A stretch of 45,252 nucleotides of DNA from a virus (taxonomy: Duplodnaviria > Caudoviricetes), in IMG/VR virus record IMGVR_UViG_3300048575_000491, positions 1 to 45,252 of that record; one strand, given 5' to 3'. The notes under the pieces are model-generated. The model did no database searches, was not told the DNA's origin, and saw only the letters and a list, made by a program, of their open reading frames with translations. The position numbers and the translations under genes were made by a program. Every line of letters starts with the position of its first letter. The stretch's first letter is position 1. Below, piece by piece: positions 27,369-36,712 of this stretch.

Positions 27369-27388
27369 GGAAAACTTTCCGCCCTATG
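27369..27388 (-). promoter_or_regulatory. Late-promoter activator site (PI equivalent)
   Basis: GGAAAACTTTCCGCCCTATG, identical to 35685-35704 and at the same offset from its start codon. Confidence 0.7.
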
Positions 27389-27562
27389 GTCGGAGGGGTG
27401 TATTGTGGCATCTACGCGGCGGGACGACCCAAGACAAGCTCGGACATGCCCCGCAATCGCGCCAGAGGGCGTTTACTCTGCGATTTACTGACTTTTAGGC
27501 CCCTCGCCCTATCCGGGGTTGCCACAAGGCGAAAACGGGCTTATTTGAAAGTTGCCCCTTGG

Positions 27563-27664
27563 AGGCCGCCTGGAGAGGTCGGGAATGTCGCTGCCGACCG
27601 GAGCTGCCCTACCCTGGCAGTAGTGGAGTTCCCCCGTGGAGCTTGCGCACCACCCAGGCGGCCT
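27563..27664. ncRNA. Multi-branch structured element directly after the MuF stop
   Basis: 11-bp closing stem AGGCCGCCTGG/CCAGGCGGCCT enclosing GGTCGG/CCGACC, CTGCC-7nt-GGCAG and a third weaker arm. Confidence 0.4.
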
Positions 27665-27666
27665 AT

Positions 27667-29016
27667 CTATTTGATCCGCTCGTACATGCCGGGGTTGTCC
27701 AGAGCCGCCGGATCAATCACTCGTCCCGACCACAAGTCGTTTGTGCGGATGGTTTCCCGTTTGAATCCTTGGCCCTCGGGAACCCTGACCCGCGTGGCAT
27801 AGTTCACCCGCACCACCAGCTTGCCGCTCCCCTCGCCGGCCTCCACCAAGTAGAGCAGCGCCGGGGACGACCTGTCCCAATAGATGGCTTCCGGCTCCCA
27901 AAGCGCATCCACGACCCGCTCCAGGGTCGCCCGGGACAGCGCCACGCCCGAGCCGCGCTTGGCCTCGCGGTAGAGGTGGGCGATGCCCTCCTCGGACAGC
28001 GTGATGGCCCCGCTGGACAGCTCCACGGCCTGTCCGCCGGCCGACGCCCGGCCCGCCTCGAAAAACCGCAGCACCTCATCGGGCACGGCCCCGACCACCC
28101 GACGCTCGCCGGTTTTGATCGGCTTGCCGGCCTCCAGGGCGTCCAGGCGCGGCCTGATCCAGTCCTGCAAGTCCTGTTTGAGCGCCGGCACGACAAACCG
28201 GGCGCTGGCGGCCTGGGCGGCGGCCATGTCCGGCGCGGCGTCCACAAGCTTGCCCATGAGCGCCCGGGCCTGATGCCCGTCCAGGGCGGCCGCACCGGGA
28301 TTGTAGGCAAATCCCGGGTCGATGCCCCGGGGGATCATCTGCGTCTCCCCCGTGCGGTCGTTGGTGTACATGACGAGGTCGTCGGCGGGATCGGGCGAGA
28401 CCTGATAGCCCAAGGCCTCCAGGTCATGGGCGGACAGCTGGATTGTCGAGCAGCGGCAGCGCCAGCCGTTGGGCGGATAGTGGGTCTGCCACCAGGGATG
28501 GTCCACCGGCAGGACAGTGCCGTGCCACTGGCGATGCAGCGGCCGCGTCGCGCCGTCCAGGATGGCGGTATACATGAGGTACGGGGCCGAGCGCTTGGTG
28601 CGCTGGATGCGCGCCCATTCGCCGGCCGCCTGGGACATGCGCATGTTGGTGTCATAGATGATCTTGAGCCGGCGCGGGCTGCCGAGCTGCACGTCCTTGA
28701 CTTCGCCGGTCAGCGGGTCGGGTTTTTCCATCTTGCCCCACCATCCTTTCGCTTGCAGGATGGGGGTCAGCTGGGCCGAAAACTGCTTGAGGGTCAAGCC
28801 TTGGCTGATGGCGTCGTCGACGGCGGCGTGGATGTCCTTGAGCATGTCAAAGCCGGCGGATTTCGCCACAGTAAAGGCCATGGCGTGTTGGGCCTGCCAG
28901 ACGTCGCGCCAGTCCCAGCTTTCGACCTGGTTAAATCCCCGGGCCTTGAAATAGGCGATGGCCTCCTCGGGCGGCAGGGCCTGAAACCGGACATTGCCGC
29001 CCTTGCTATCGGCCAT
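27667..29016 (-). CDS. MuF (gp30) minor head protein with C-terminal extension
   Basis: AFTVAK, RRLKIIYDTN, TRPLH and PPNGWRCRC motifs, then a ~190-aa alpha/beta extension. Confidence 0.9.
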   Translation of the reverse strand: MADSKGGNVRFQALPPEEAIAYFKARGFNQVESWDWRDVWQAQHAMAFTVAKSAGFDMLKDIHAAVDDAISQGLTLKQFSAQLTPILQAKGWWGKMEKPDPLTGEVKDVQLGSPRRLKIIYDTNMRMSQAAGEWARIQRTKRSAPYLMYTAILDGATRPLHRQWHGTVLPVDHPWWQTHYPPNGWRCRCSTIQLSAHDLEALGYQVSPDPADDLVMYTNDRTGETQMIPRGIDPGFAYNPGAAALDGHQARALMGKLVDAAPDMAAAQAASARFVVPALKQDLQDWIRPRLDALEAGKPIKTGERRVVGAVPDEVLRFFEAGRASAGGQAVELSSGAITLSEEGIAHLYREAKRGSGVALSRATLERVVDALWEPEAIYWDRSSPALLYLVEAGEGSGKLVVRVNYATRVRVPEGQGFKRETIRTNDLWSGRVIDPAALDNPGMYERIK

Positions 29017-30616
29017 GCCCGGCTCCCGTCATCCCGGCAACGTGGGTAAAAAAGCCCAACCGCGCCAGATGTTCGGTCAACGGGCCGGTATCCTGGCCGT
29101 CCAAGACCTCGGACAGACGCGCCTGAAACTCACGCAAAGTGAGTCCTTGGGCCAAACAGTCCTCCAGGAGCGCCCGGACCGACGCCAGCAGCGGGTTAAC
29201 CAGCGGCTGCCAGCCGTCCAGCTCCTCGGCCACGGCCACGTCAACGGCGTCCATGGCCTGGGCCGGCGCGGCCGGCGGCGGGGTCGCGGCCACAGCCCGA
29301 CGCGAGGCGGCCGCCTGCCGGCCCGGGAGCGGCTCGGCCGGATCGGGCACGGCGGGATCTGCGTCACCTCCCGCGCCCGGAGCGCGCAACAGCACAGCGC
29401 CCGCTGGAGGATCGGGCAGCCCAAGCTTGTCGCGCATGACAGATTCCTCGACGCGCAACCCTAGCGGCAACAGCTTTTTGACGTTGTCGACCAGAGCGGC
29501 CACGTCCTCTTTGTTTGGCCGATGTATAACGACCTTGGGGTAGAGCTTTCGCGGCCCCAGGTTGAGGTCAACCACGGGGCGCACCAGATCGCGGTTGAGC
29601 GTGGCCGACAGCTGCCGGGCGTCGGCCTCCTCGATGTCCTGGCGGACCCGCTCATGGGCGTCGGCCGTGCCTACATGCTGCCCCACGTCCGTGGTGCCAG
29701 TCTGGCCCAAGACCGCCTTGGACACCTGCCGATCCAGGAACTCGGCCAGCTTCTCGAACAGCGCGATGCTGCCGCTGATCTTGGCCTCGACAAAGTCAAT
29801 GGTCATGCTGGCCGGGATGATAGCCGCCGCGTCCCGGCTGATGCTGCGCACGGCTTGCAGCAGCACCTGCTTGTCTTTCTCGGACGCACCCGGGCCGTAC
29901 TTGCCGACCCTCAAGGGCACGCCGAACACCTCGGCGAACTCGACCCAGGATCGGATGTCGAAATTCTTGAACAGGTAGCCCCAGGCCACGGCCCGGGCCA
30001 GACCGCCCCGGATGGGCAGGCCGGACTTACTCTTGTGGGCGTGGTAAATGTACTTGTAGGGCGACAGCGCTACGGGCTGGCCGGTCTCGGAAAGCAACAG
30101 GGGCGTGCGGCCGTCGGTCCTATCGAACTGGAACCAACGCGGGTCGCGCCACTCCAGGCGCGCCGGCAGCCATTGCCCACCCGAGGTGTCCCAAATGATT
30201 TCGGTCAGGCTGTAGCCCTTTCCCACGGCATCCAGGATGTCGAACAGCTCGTCGCGCAGCTCATCGCGCGACAGCCAATCCCGAATGAGGTCCGCCGCCC
30301 GCACGTCTTCGGCCGCATCGGTGGCCGCCTCGACCGTGATGTCCAGGCCGGCCACCTGATATTTCCGGGTGGCGAGGACACTGCGATAGTGGAGGTCTTT
30401 TTCCTCCATTTCCTCGCCCAGCTCCAGGTAGCCCGTGGGGTCGCCGTCCTCGGCCGCTCGCAGTAGCCGGCCCAACCGACCCGGCGTCAGGCCCTGGGCC
30501 GGATGGCCGGACAGCACTTGGCGCACGCCGGTCACAGTTGGTCCGGCCTCCTCTTCCTTCAGCCGCCCCAGCTCCACCGGCCGGCCCAAATGGTCGTATA
30601 GCGTCGGCATTACCAT
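29006..30616 (-). CDS. Mu gp29-like portal (DUF935)
   Basis: MEEKDLH, DAVGKGYS..EI.W, EVFGVP.RVGKY and SKAVLGQT motifs. Confidence 0.93.
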   Translation of the reverse strand: MVMPTLYDHLGRPVELGRLKEEEAGPTVTGVRQVLSGHPAQGLTPGRLGRLLRAAEDGDPTGYLELGEEMEEKDLHYRSVLATRKYQVAGLDITVEAATDAAEDVRAADLIRDWLSRDELRDELFDILDAVGKGYSLTEIIWDTSGGQWLPARLEWRDPRWFQFDRTDGRTPLLLSETGQPVALSPYKYIYHAHKSKSGLPIRGGLARAVAWGYLFKNFDIRSWVEFAEVFGVPLRVGKYGPGASEKDKQVLLQAVRSISRDAAAIIPASMTIDFVEAKISGSIALFEKLAEFLDRQVSKAVLGQTGTTDVGQHVGTADAHERVRQDIEEADARQLSATLNRDLVRPVVDLNLGPRKLYPKVVIHRPNKEDVAALVDNVKKLLPLGLRVEESVMRDKLGLPDPPAGAVLLRAPGAGGDADPAVPDPAEPLPGRQAAASRRAVAATPPPAAPAQAMDAVDVAVAEELDGWQPLVNPLLASVRALLEDCLAQGLTLREFQARLSEVLDGQDTGPLTEHLARLGFFTHVAGMTGAGHGR

Positions 30617-32271
30617 GCTCCCCGGCCGAACCGTGCCCGGCCGCTAAATGCGTCGTCGTCGTCGGAATCGTCGCCAGGACCGCCCTGGCCAGGGCCGTTC
30701 CCGGCCGGAGTGGCCGGGGTGTAGGCGTATTCTTCGATTTCCATGAGTGTGGCGTAAAAGGCCATGAGGTGGGCAACGGCGGCGTCGCCATGGCGCTTCT
30801 TGCCGGCCGTCTTGGCATCCTCGCCCTTGGCCTGCCCCTTGGCCTCGCGCACGATCTGCGGCACGCCCCGGATGGTCTTCACGGCCCGGTGGTCGTTGTA
30901 GATGTCCAGGTCGGCCGGCAGCACCGTCCGATCATCCTCAAACGCCGCCTTCCACTTCGGCATGACCTCGGCGTAAAACCCGGCCGTGATATGCACTTGC
31001 TGGATGCGCTCGCCATAGCGTTGGGCCGCCACCTCGGCCAGATAGCCGCCGTTGCCCGTGGCATCCATGGCGGCGGCCAGGAAGTTGGGCAGCCGGTCCA
31101 GGACGAAAAAGAGGATCTGCTTTTGGGTCTCGTAGGGTACGTTCCACAGCTCGACCACAAAGGGCGGGCGCAAGCGCATGTCGCGTTGCATCTGGGCCGG
31201 CCAGAGGCTGGTCAGGTCGCCCTTGCGGGCAAAATCTTCGCCGAAGTAGCTGGGCAAGGCCGGGTCCAGGACGGCCAACAGCGGAGCCAGTTCGGCTTCG
31301 CAAAAGCGCCGGGTCTCGGCTTCGCGTAGACGCTCTTCCAGGGTGACGAACGTCCGGTCGCAGCTCCACCGCACGATGGGGATGCCGTCGCGCTGCTGGC
31401 GCTGGATGAGCGCCGGGGGAATGTACGTGCCCGAACCCTGGCTTGGGATGACGAAAAGCTCCTCATCGGCGTGGTCGCCGTAAAGCGCGAGGATTTCCTC
31501 GCGCCACTTCGCTTCGGCGTCCGGCGACCAGGTCTTACCGGTAACAAGGCAAATGCGCTTGTACAGGCCATCGGCTAGCGCCTGGTCAAAATCGATCTTG
31601 AGCAGCCCGTAAGGCTTGCGGCCCTTTTTGACCTCTTCGATGAGCACGTTGAACGGGTTGTCTTCGCCATCGTGGGTGGAGATGATCCAGACCTTGCCGC
31701 CCCAGATGAGCAGGGCCATGGCCGCTTTGATAAGCTCGGCCAAGTTGTCATGGAAGGCGGCCTCGTCGATGATGACCATACCCTGCCGGCCGCGCAGGCT
31801 GCGGGGCTGGCTGGACAGCGCGCAGATTTCGAAGCCCGAAGCGAAGATGATGCGGAAGGCCTGGATGTCCCGGTCGCCGCCGTCTGCTTCCTTGTCCTTG
31901 AAGACGAACTCCTCGACCGTCGAAGCGGCGCGATGGAAGGCCTTGGCCCACATCGACGCCGTGTCCACGAACTCCCGGGCCATGTCGAGGTTATAGCCGA
32001 TATACAGCACGTCCATGCCGCCCGCGTCGCGGTTCGCGGCGGCGGTCAGGACAGCGGCGGCGGCCACGCCCCAGGTCAGGCCGATGCGGCGGGACTTTTC
32101 GATGATGACGACGTCGTAGCGCTCGGCCAGCTCAAAGGCGGCCACCTGATACGGCAGCAACACGTCAGGCAGCATATCCGTCTCGCTGGCCTGAAGCTGC
32201 TCGCAAACGACTTGGCGCGAGGCCTCACGGATGGCGGCCCAATCGCAGTTGCCATTGGTGGGGGCACGCAC
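30610..32271 (-). CDS. Terminase large subunit (Mu gp28-like)
   Basis: LLPYQ, EKSRRIGLTW, IIDEAAFH, GEDFAR and HGDA motifs. Confidence 0.93.
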   Translation of the reverse strand: MRAPTNGNCDWAAIREASRQVVCEQLQASETDMLPDVLLPYQVAAFELAERYDVVIIEKSRRIGLTWGVAAAAVLTAAANRDAGGMDVLYIGYNLDMAREFVDTASMWAKAFHRAASTVEEFVFKDKEADGGDRDIQAFRIIFASGFEICALSSQPRSLRGRQGMVIIDEAAFHDNLAELIKAAMALLIWGGKVWIISTHDGEDNPFNVLIEEVKKGRKPYGLLKIDFDQALADGLYKRICLVTGKTWSPDAEAKWREEILALYGDHADEELFVIPSQGSGTYIPPALIQRQQRDGIPIVRWSCDRTFVTLEERLREAETRRFCEAELAPLLAVLDPALPSYFGEDFARKGDLTSLWPAQMQRDMRLRPPFVVELWNVPYETQKQILFFVLDRLPNFLAAAMDATGNGGYLAEVAAQRYGERIQQVHITAGFYAEVMPKWKAAFEDDRTVLPADLDIYNDHRAVKTIRGVPQIVREAKGQAKGEDAKTAGKKRHGDAAVAHLMAFYATLMEIEEYAYTPATPAGNGPGQGGPGDDSDDDDAFSGRARFGRGAW

Positions 32272-32273
32272 GG

Positions 32274-32837
32274 CTACGCCCCTGCCTGGACGGGGCGTTT
32301 GATGCCCAGGATGCGCGACTTGATGGCCTCGACGGTCTCGGCGGACAGGCCTTTTTCACGGGCCACGGCCTCGGCTTCCCCGGCAGCCTTTTGAGCCGTT
32401 TCGGCGGCCACCTGCTCACGAATTTTGATCTCGGTGTCCAAGCCGATCTTGGAGCCGGCGGCCAAGTCCTTGATGGCCTTGGCGAGGCGCGCGGCGTCCA
32501 CGGCGTCGATGGCGTCGCCGTCCCGCAGCTTGGCGACGCTGGCCTTGAAGACCAGCCTGTGGACGATTTCGATAAGCACGCGGCCCATGTCGCCCTCGGG
32601 GACTTCCCCCAGTTCGCGGGCAAACGCAGACGCAATTTCGCGGCTCTCGCGGATGTGCGCCGCGACCTCCTCGAACTCCTGGGAGTAGCGCCCCACGGCC
32701 GACCGCGAGACAGGCGCGCCGAGCTGCCGCAGATGGGCCACGACCTGATCGAGGGTATGCGCGCCGCCGGCCAGCAGCCGGTCAAGCTCCTTGCGGATTT
32801 GCGGCGGCAGCGCCTTGATTTTGCTTCTGGGCGGCAT
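32274..32837 (-). CDS. Mu gp27-like small terminase (DUF3486)
   Basis: SKIKALP...VSRSAVGRY...GLSAET...I..RILGI pattern. Confidence 0.88.
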   Translation of the reverse strand: MPPRSKIKALPPQIRKELDRLLAGGAHTLDQVVAHLRQLGAPVSRSAVGRYSQEFEEVAAHIRESREIASAFARELGEVPEGDMGRVLIEIVHRLVFKASVAKLRDGDAIDAVDAARLAKAIKDLAAGSKIGLDTEIKIREQVAAETAQKAAGEAEAVAREKGLSAETVEAIKSRILGIKRPVQAGA

Positions 32838-32841
32838 GGCG

Positions 32842-33135
32842 CTACCTCGCCCGGGGCCGCTTGACGCCCGGCACGGTCGCCCGGCCTTCGGCCACGTCCT
32901 GGCCCCGGCCGGTCAGACGCACCACAGTCACCGGGCCGACCTGTTCGTTTTGCACAAGGCCCTGCTCTTGCAACCACGCGCACTCGGTTTCCACGCAATC
33001 CCGCGAGCAGCCATGGCCGATGAGGGCCAGAGCGTCCTGCAACACCGACGTGTTGAGCTTGTGGTCAAGGTCTTCGGCCAACAGCCGCAGGATCACCAGC
33101 CGGCGATCCTGGGAAAAGACTTCCGCTAAACTCAT
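32842..33135 (-). CDS. Mu gp26-like protein
   Basis: DRRLVILR.L...WL.EQGLV...LT.RG.DVA.G...PGVKRP pattern. Confidence 0.85.
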   Translation of the reverse strand: MSLAEVFSQDRRLVILRLLAEDLDHKLNTSVLQDALALIGHGCSRDCVETECAWLQEQGLVQNEQVGPVTVVRLTGRGQDVAEGRATVPGVKRPRAR

Positions 33136-33473
33136 TCTCCCCTCCGGTCTCGACGCCCCTCGGCCAATTGGTGTTCCAGCAACAGGTCCAACGGATGCTC
33201 CACCCGTTTAAGCACCTCGGATAGCCCCCGTATGTCCGCCGCCTGGGCCTTTAGGTCTCCACGCAGTCCTTCCATTTCTTTAGCCAAATCGGCTATGGAT
33301 TTGATCGACGGCAGCTTCTGCATGTCTTCAGCCACCTCCTTGCGACAGGTAGAGCGGCAGGCAGAGCAATCTCTTCCTGTCACGAACTCCTTGCGCAGGG
33401 ACCACAAGAGCCAGCCCATCACGACCTGGACAATGGCCACAAGAATTGGCCAATGTTCCTTGAGGTACTCCAC
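33132..33473 (-). CDS. Mu gp25-like membrane protein (DUF2730)
   Basis: N-terminal TM helix, coiled coil and LLLEH C-terminus; synteny. Confidence 0.75.
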   Translation of the reverse strand: MEYLKEHWPILVAIVQVVMGWLLWSLRKEFVTGRDCSACRSTCRKEVAEDMQKLPSIKSIADLAKEMEGLRGDLKAQAADIRGLSEVLKRVEHPLDLLLEHQLAEGRRDRRGE

Positions 33474-33482
33474 ACTCCCTCC

Positions 33483-33698
33483 CTATCCCTCGAAATCCGC
33501 CTGACACGCCCGGCAACGCGTGGCCCCGGGCACGGCCTGTAGTCGCGGGGCCGGGATCGGTTCGCCGCACTCGGCGCACACCACCCGGCCGTTCTCGACA
33601 AACTGGTTCCCGGCCGGGGCGGCCGGGAGGGCGGCCGCAATGGCCCCCTCCCGGTAAAACGTCTCGGCCGCCTGGGCATCATCGCCGAAGTCGGTCAT
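33483..33698 (-). CDS. TraR/DksA C4 zinc-finger protein
   Basis: CAECGEPIPAPRLQAVPGATRCRACQ. Confidence 0.9.
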   Translation of the reverse strand: MTDFGDDAQAAETFYREGAIAAALPAAPAGNQFVENGRVVCAECGEPIPAPRLQAVPGATRCRACQADFEG

Positions 33699-34168
33699 GC
33701 GGCCGGCTCCACAGAGCGAGACTTGACCAGAGCATCCAGGCTGCCCTGTACGATGATGTAAAGCCCCGCGATGCCCCCAATGATGAGTTCGGTCGTGGGC
33801 GGCAGGGCCATATCCATCGGCAATTGCGCCATCATCCCGGCCAGGGTGACCAGGGCCACCCACAGCTTTCGGCTGCGCCAGCCGGAGCCGCTCCGCAGCT
33901 CGGGGCTGATCTGACCGATCTTGGCGGCGAACTCCTGGAGCCGGGCGGCCTGGGGCTGGGGGAGAACGGTAGTCTGGGGCTGCATCAGCACCTCCGGGGC
34001 CGGCTCACCCGGGACCGGCCCCGGCACGACGCCCCCGGCGGACATGCCGCCGCCGAAAGTGCGCAACTCCGTGCCCAAGACCAGACCCCGGATTTCTTCC
34101 AGTTCGGCGCGGGTCAGCTGCGCGCCCTCCAAGGCGTTCAACACCTTGTCGATGTGCTCTTTGCTCAT
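33695..34168 (-). CDS. Holin-like membrane protein
   Basis: SRKLWVA followed by two TM segments; next to the endolysin. Confidence 0.6.
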   Translation of the reverse strand: MSKEHIDKVLNALEGAQLTRAELEEIRGLVLGTELRTFGGGMSAGGVVPGPVPGEPAPEVLMQPQTTVLPQPQAARLQEFAAKIGQISPELRSGSGWRSRKLWVALVTLAGMMAQLPMDMALPPTTELIIGGIAGLYIIVQGSLDALVKSRSVEPAA

Positions 34169-34180
34169 GACTTCGCTTCC

Positions 34181-34741
34181 TTAATCCGGCCAGACGCCAA
34201 GGATGTTGAGGACATCGTCGACGTATTTTTGGTTTTCAAAACGCCCATCCTTTTGGACCCGGGGAGAGCCGGCATTGTAGGCGGCAACCACGCCCTGCCA
34301 ACCAGCCGTGGCCAGATAGCGACGGGACAAGTCCTTGAGATGGCGACAGCTGATCTCCAGATTCACAGCCGGGTCATAGAGTCCGCCGAGGAACTCCCCG
34401 GAGTAGCCGCATTCCCGGGCCACGCCCCCCATGACCTGCATGTAGCCCCAGGACGCTTGTTGCCCCCACCACTCGGCGTCGGGATCAACTCCGGGAGGGG
34501 CGGGAAAATCCTTGGGGGGGAATTTTGAGAGCAGCTCACTTTCAGTGACCCGGCGGAATGGCTGCTTCCGCTTGACATCCCAGAAGTAACGGTAGCGAGG
34601 TTCCGGGTTCCAAGCCCACATTCGGGCCGTGGACTCTTTGATGACCAAGGCGCGCACTATCGTTTGAGGGAGTTGCTTTTCCGCCGCTACAGCCCGCGCC
34701 AAGGACTCAAGCCGATCATCAAGCCGCATGTCCGACGCCAT
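34181..34741 (-). CDS. Lytic transglycosylase (SLT) endolysin
   Basis: KES catalytic Glu, SWGYMQV and AAYNAG motifs. Confidence 0.9.
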   Translation of the reverse strand: MASDMRLDDRLESLARAVAAEKQLPQTIVRALVIKESTARMWAWNPEPRYRYFWDVKRKQPFRRVTESELLSKFPPKDFPAPPGVDPDAEWWGQQASWGYMQVMGGVARECGYSGEFLGGLYDPAVNLEISCRHLKDLSRRYLATAGWQGVVAAYNAGSPRVQKDGRFENQKYVDDVLNILGVWPD

Positions 34742-34749
34742 AACGCCCC

Positions 34750-35187
34750 CTAACCGCCAAGCAGCGCCAGCACGCCCGGCAGCACATGGCCGGCCACGGC
34801 CATGGCCGTGGTCACGGCCTCCCGGGCGTGGGGCCACGTCGCTTCCGCCTTGGGTACGTCGCCCACGGCCACGGCCGATCCGTAGGACGCGACCAGGGTT
34901 TGCAAGGCCGACACGGCCGGCTCCAGGGCGGCCGTGTCGGCGTCCGGGGCCTGGGCCGTGGCCGTCTTGACGGCTTCCATGAGTTTGGCCGCCGAGGCGT
35001 CGAGCCAAGCCGCGCCGGCATCGAGGCGGGCCAGCTCCGATCCGGTCGCGGGCGAGGTCTGGACGGCGGCCGGCTGGCCGGACGGCTGGCCCGAGGTCTG
35101 GCCCGATCCGGGCCGCGTCATGCAGCCGGCCAGGAGCAGCAGGCCCAGCATCAGGAGGCAAGGGAGGATGCAGTAAACGCGTTTCAT
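34750..35187 (-). CDS. Lipoprotein, possible unimolecular spanin-like
   Basis: LLAGC lipobox and a hydrophobic C-terminus; inside the lysis cassette. Confidence 0.6.
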   Translation of the reverse strand: MKRVYCILPCLLMLGLLLLAGCMTRPGSGQTSGQPSGQPAAVQTSPATGSELARLDAGAAWLDASAAKLMEAVKTATAQAPDADTAALEPAVSALQTLVASYGSAVAVGDVPKAEATWPHAREAVTTAMAVAGHVLPGVLALLGG

Positions 35188-35195
35188 GGGGACTC

Positions 35196-35645
35196 CTACC
35201 AAGGTTTCGGCCCTTGCCCGTCGTAGGGCCGGGCCAGTCCGCGCCGGACCAGCTCCGACGCGACGTCGCGTTGCTCCCCGTCCACCATGGCCGTGATCTC
35301 GCCGAGCAGCCGGAAATACTTGTCCCGCCGCACATTGCGGAGCGTCACGGCGTCGCCGGGCCGCAAGCAGCCCTCCAGCCAGCCCCGGGCCAACTCGGCC
35401 AGGGCACGGACTTCGGGGCGCGGATCGCGCAGCTCGGCGGTGTCGATGCCGTACAGGCGCACCTGGATCGGCGAGACGATGGCCGGCCAGCCCGGCACAA
35501 TCACGGTGATGGTGTCGCCGTCGTGGACATGGTCCACCACGGCCGGCACAGACTCGACATAGACCCGCTGGGCGACGGCGAACCCGGGGAACCAGGTCAT
35601 CGCCAGCAGCAGGCAACAGAGGATGGGGGCAATGCGTCGCAACAT
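35196..35645 (-). CDS. Secreted thermonuclease (SNase family)
   Basis: Signal peptide, VHDGDT, VRLYGIDTAE, DKYFRLL and LVRRGLA motifs. Confidence 0.92.
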   Translation of the reverse strand: MLRRIAPILCCLLLAMTWFPGFAVAQRVYVESVPAVVDHVHDGDTITVIVPGWPAIVSPIQVRLYGIDTAELRDPRPEVRALAELARGWLEGCLRPGDAVTLRNVRRDKYFRLLGEITAMVDGEQRDVASELVRRGLARPYDGQGPKPW

Positions 35646-35684
35646 GGCGACGTCTATAGCGGGATGCGTTATGGAGGCTGGGCG

Positions 35685-35704
35685 GGAAAACTTTCCGCCC
35701 TATG
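35685..35704 (-). promoter_or_regulatory. Late-promoter activator site (Plys equivalent)
   Basis: 20-bp identity with 27369-27388. Confidence 0.7.
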
Positions 35705-35820
35705 CAGGGGGAGGCGAGTATGCCCCGTTTGCCCGAGGGAAGGGCAAGACGTCAAGGCCGGAAACAAGAGCGGCCCGCCGGAGGTCCAGCGGGCCGCGAA
35801 GCTTTAGCTACATGATGTGG

Positions 35821-36111
35821 TTACATTTTTTCAGGTTCGCCTTCATCAGAAAATCCGAAATTATTCACCTCGTCACGTTCTTTCTTTTTTGCTACTTCAA
35901 TTTCGATCAATACACGCAATGATTTTGCGATGTCGTCAAGCTGCGCATTGCGTCTCTTTTCAAGCTCCAATCTTTCGTTTATCTTGGCGTACCAGCAAAC
36001 AAGTTCACGTCCAATCAGGAATATGGCTGCCAGAACGCCCAACACAAACACCGTAGCAACCAACAAGACGCCGATACTTTCCAGAAGATTTCCCATGTCG
36101 TTAACCGTCAC
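35821..36111 (-). CDS. Small single-TM protein (AT-rich moron)
   Basis: TM helix followed by RELVCWYAKIN. Confidence 0.7.
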   Translation of the reverse strand: MTVNDMGNLLESIGVLLVATVFVLGVLAAIFLIGRELVCWYAKINERLELEKRRNAQLDDIAKSLRVLIEIEVAKKKERDEVNNFGFSDEGEPEKM

Positions 36112-36305
36112 ACTTGCTTGTCACTGGAAGATTTTTCAGAAATCAGCTTTTCGATAAGGCTGTTTTGCGTTTCGAGCAACGAGACAATCTTGTCTAATTT
36201 AAAGTACCATGTGACAAATTCTCTTATTAGGACGAAAACAATAACAACAATAGCAACAATCCCAAAAATGTATACCCATGAATCATTAGAAGGCATAAGC
36301 ATCAT
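36108..36305 (-). CDS. Small single-TM protein, paralog of the downstream gene
   Basis: TM helix followed by REFVTWYFKLD. Confidence 0.7.
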   Translation of the reverse strand: MMLMPSNDSWVYIFGIVAIVVIVFVLIREFVTWYFKLDKIVSLLETQNSLIEKLISEKSSSDKQV

Positions 36306-36311
36306 CCCCCT

Positions 36312-36704
36312 TTACTGTTTCCTTTCCGACCCCGGCGCAGGCGTAGCCGGCGTTTCCGGCGCTTTCTCCAGGGCCTTTTTCCCACCAATTCCCAGCCGAC
36401 CCAGCGCTTTGAGCGCCAGACTGATCTTGCCCACTTCGGTCAGCCCGCGCTTGACCTCTTCCAGGTCCATGCCCGGCACGGACAACACATAATCCCGCAA
36501 TCCGTCGCCAAACTCCGACAGGTGCCGCAGGATCGGCGTCATATCCCGGGCCACGCCCTCGCACCGCTGCATGAGCACGATGCGTAGCGCCGCCAGCGCC
36601 ATATCCGGCCCTGACGCGCCGGGCGCGGCCTGGGGAGCCGCCGCCGGCCGGGGCGCGGCCGGGCGCGGGTTCCATTTCGGCGCTTTCATTTTCCGCTTTT
36701 TCAT
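36312..36704 (-). CDS. Hypothetical protein
   Basis: 130-aa ORF with a GGGGA RBS, within the operon. Confidence 0.65.
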   Translation of the reverse strand: MKKRKMKAPKWNPRPAAPRPAAAPQAAPGASGPDMALAALRIVLMQRCEGVARDMTPILRHLSEFGDGLRDYVLSVPGMDLEEVKRGLTEVGKISLALKALGRLGIGGKKALEKAPETPATPAPGSERKQ

Positions 36705-36712
36705 ATGGTCCC

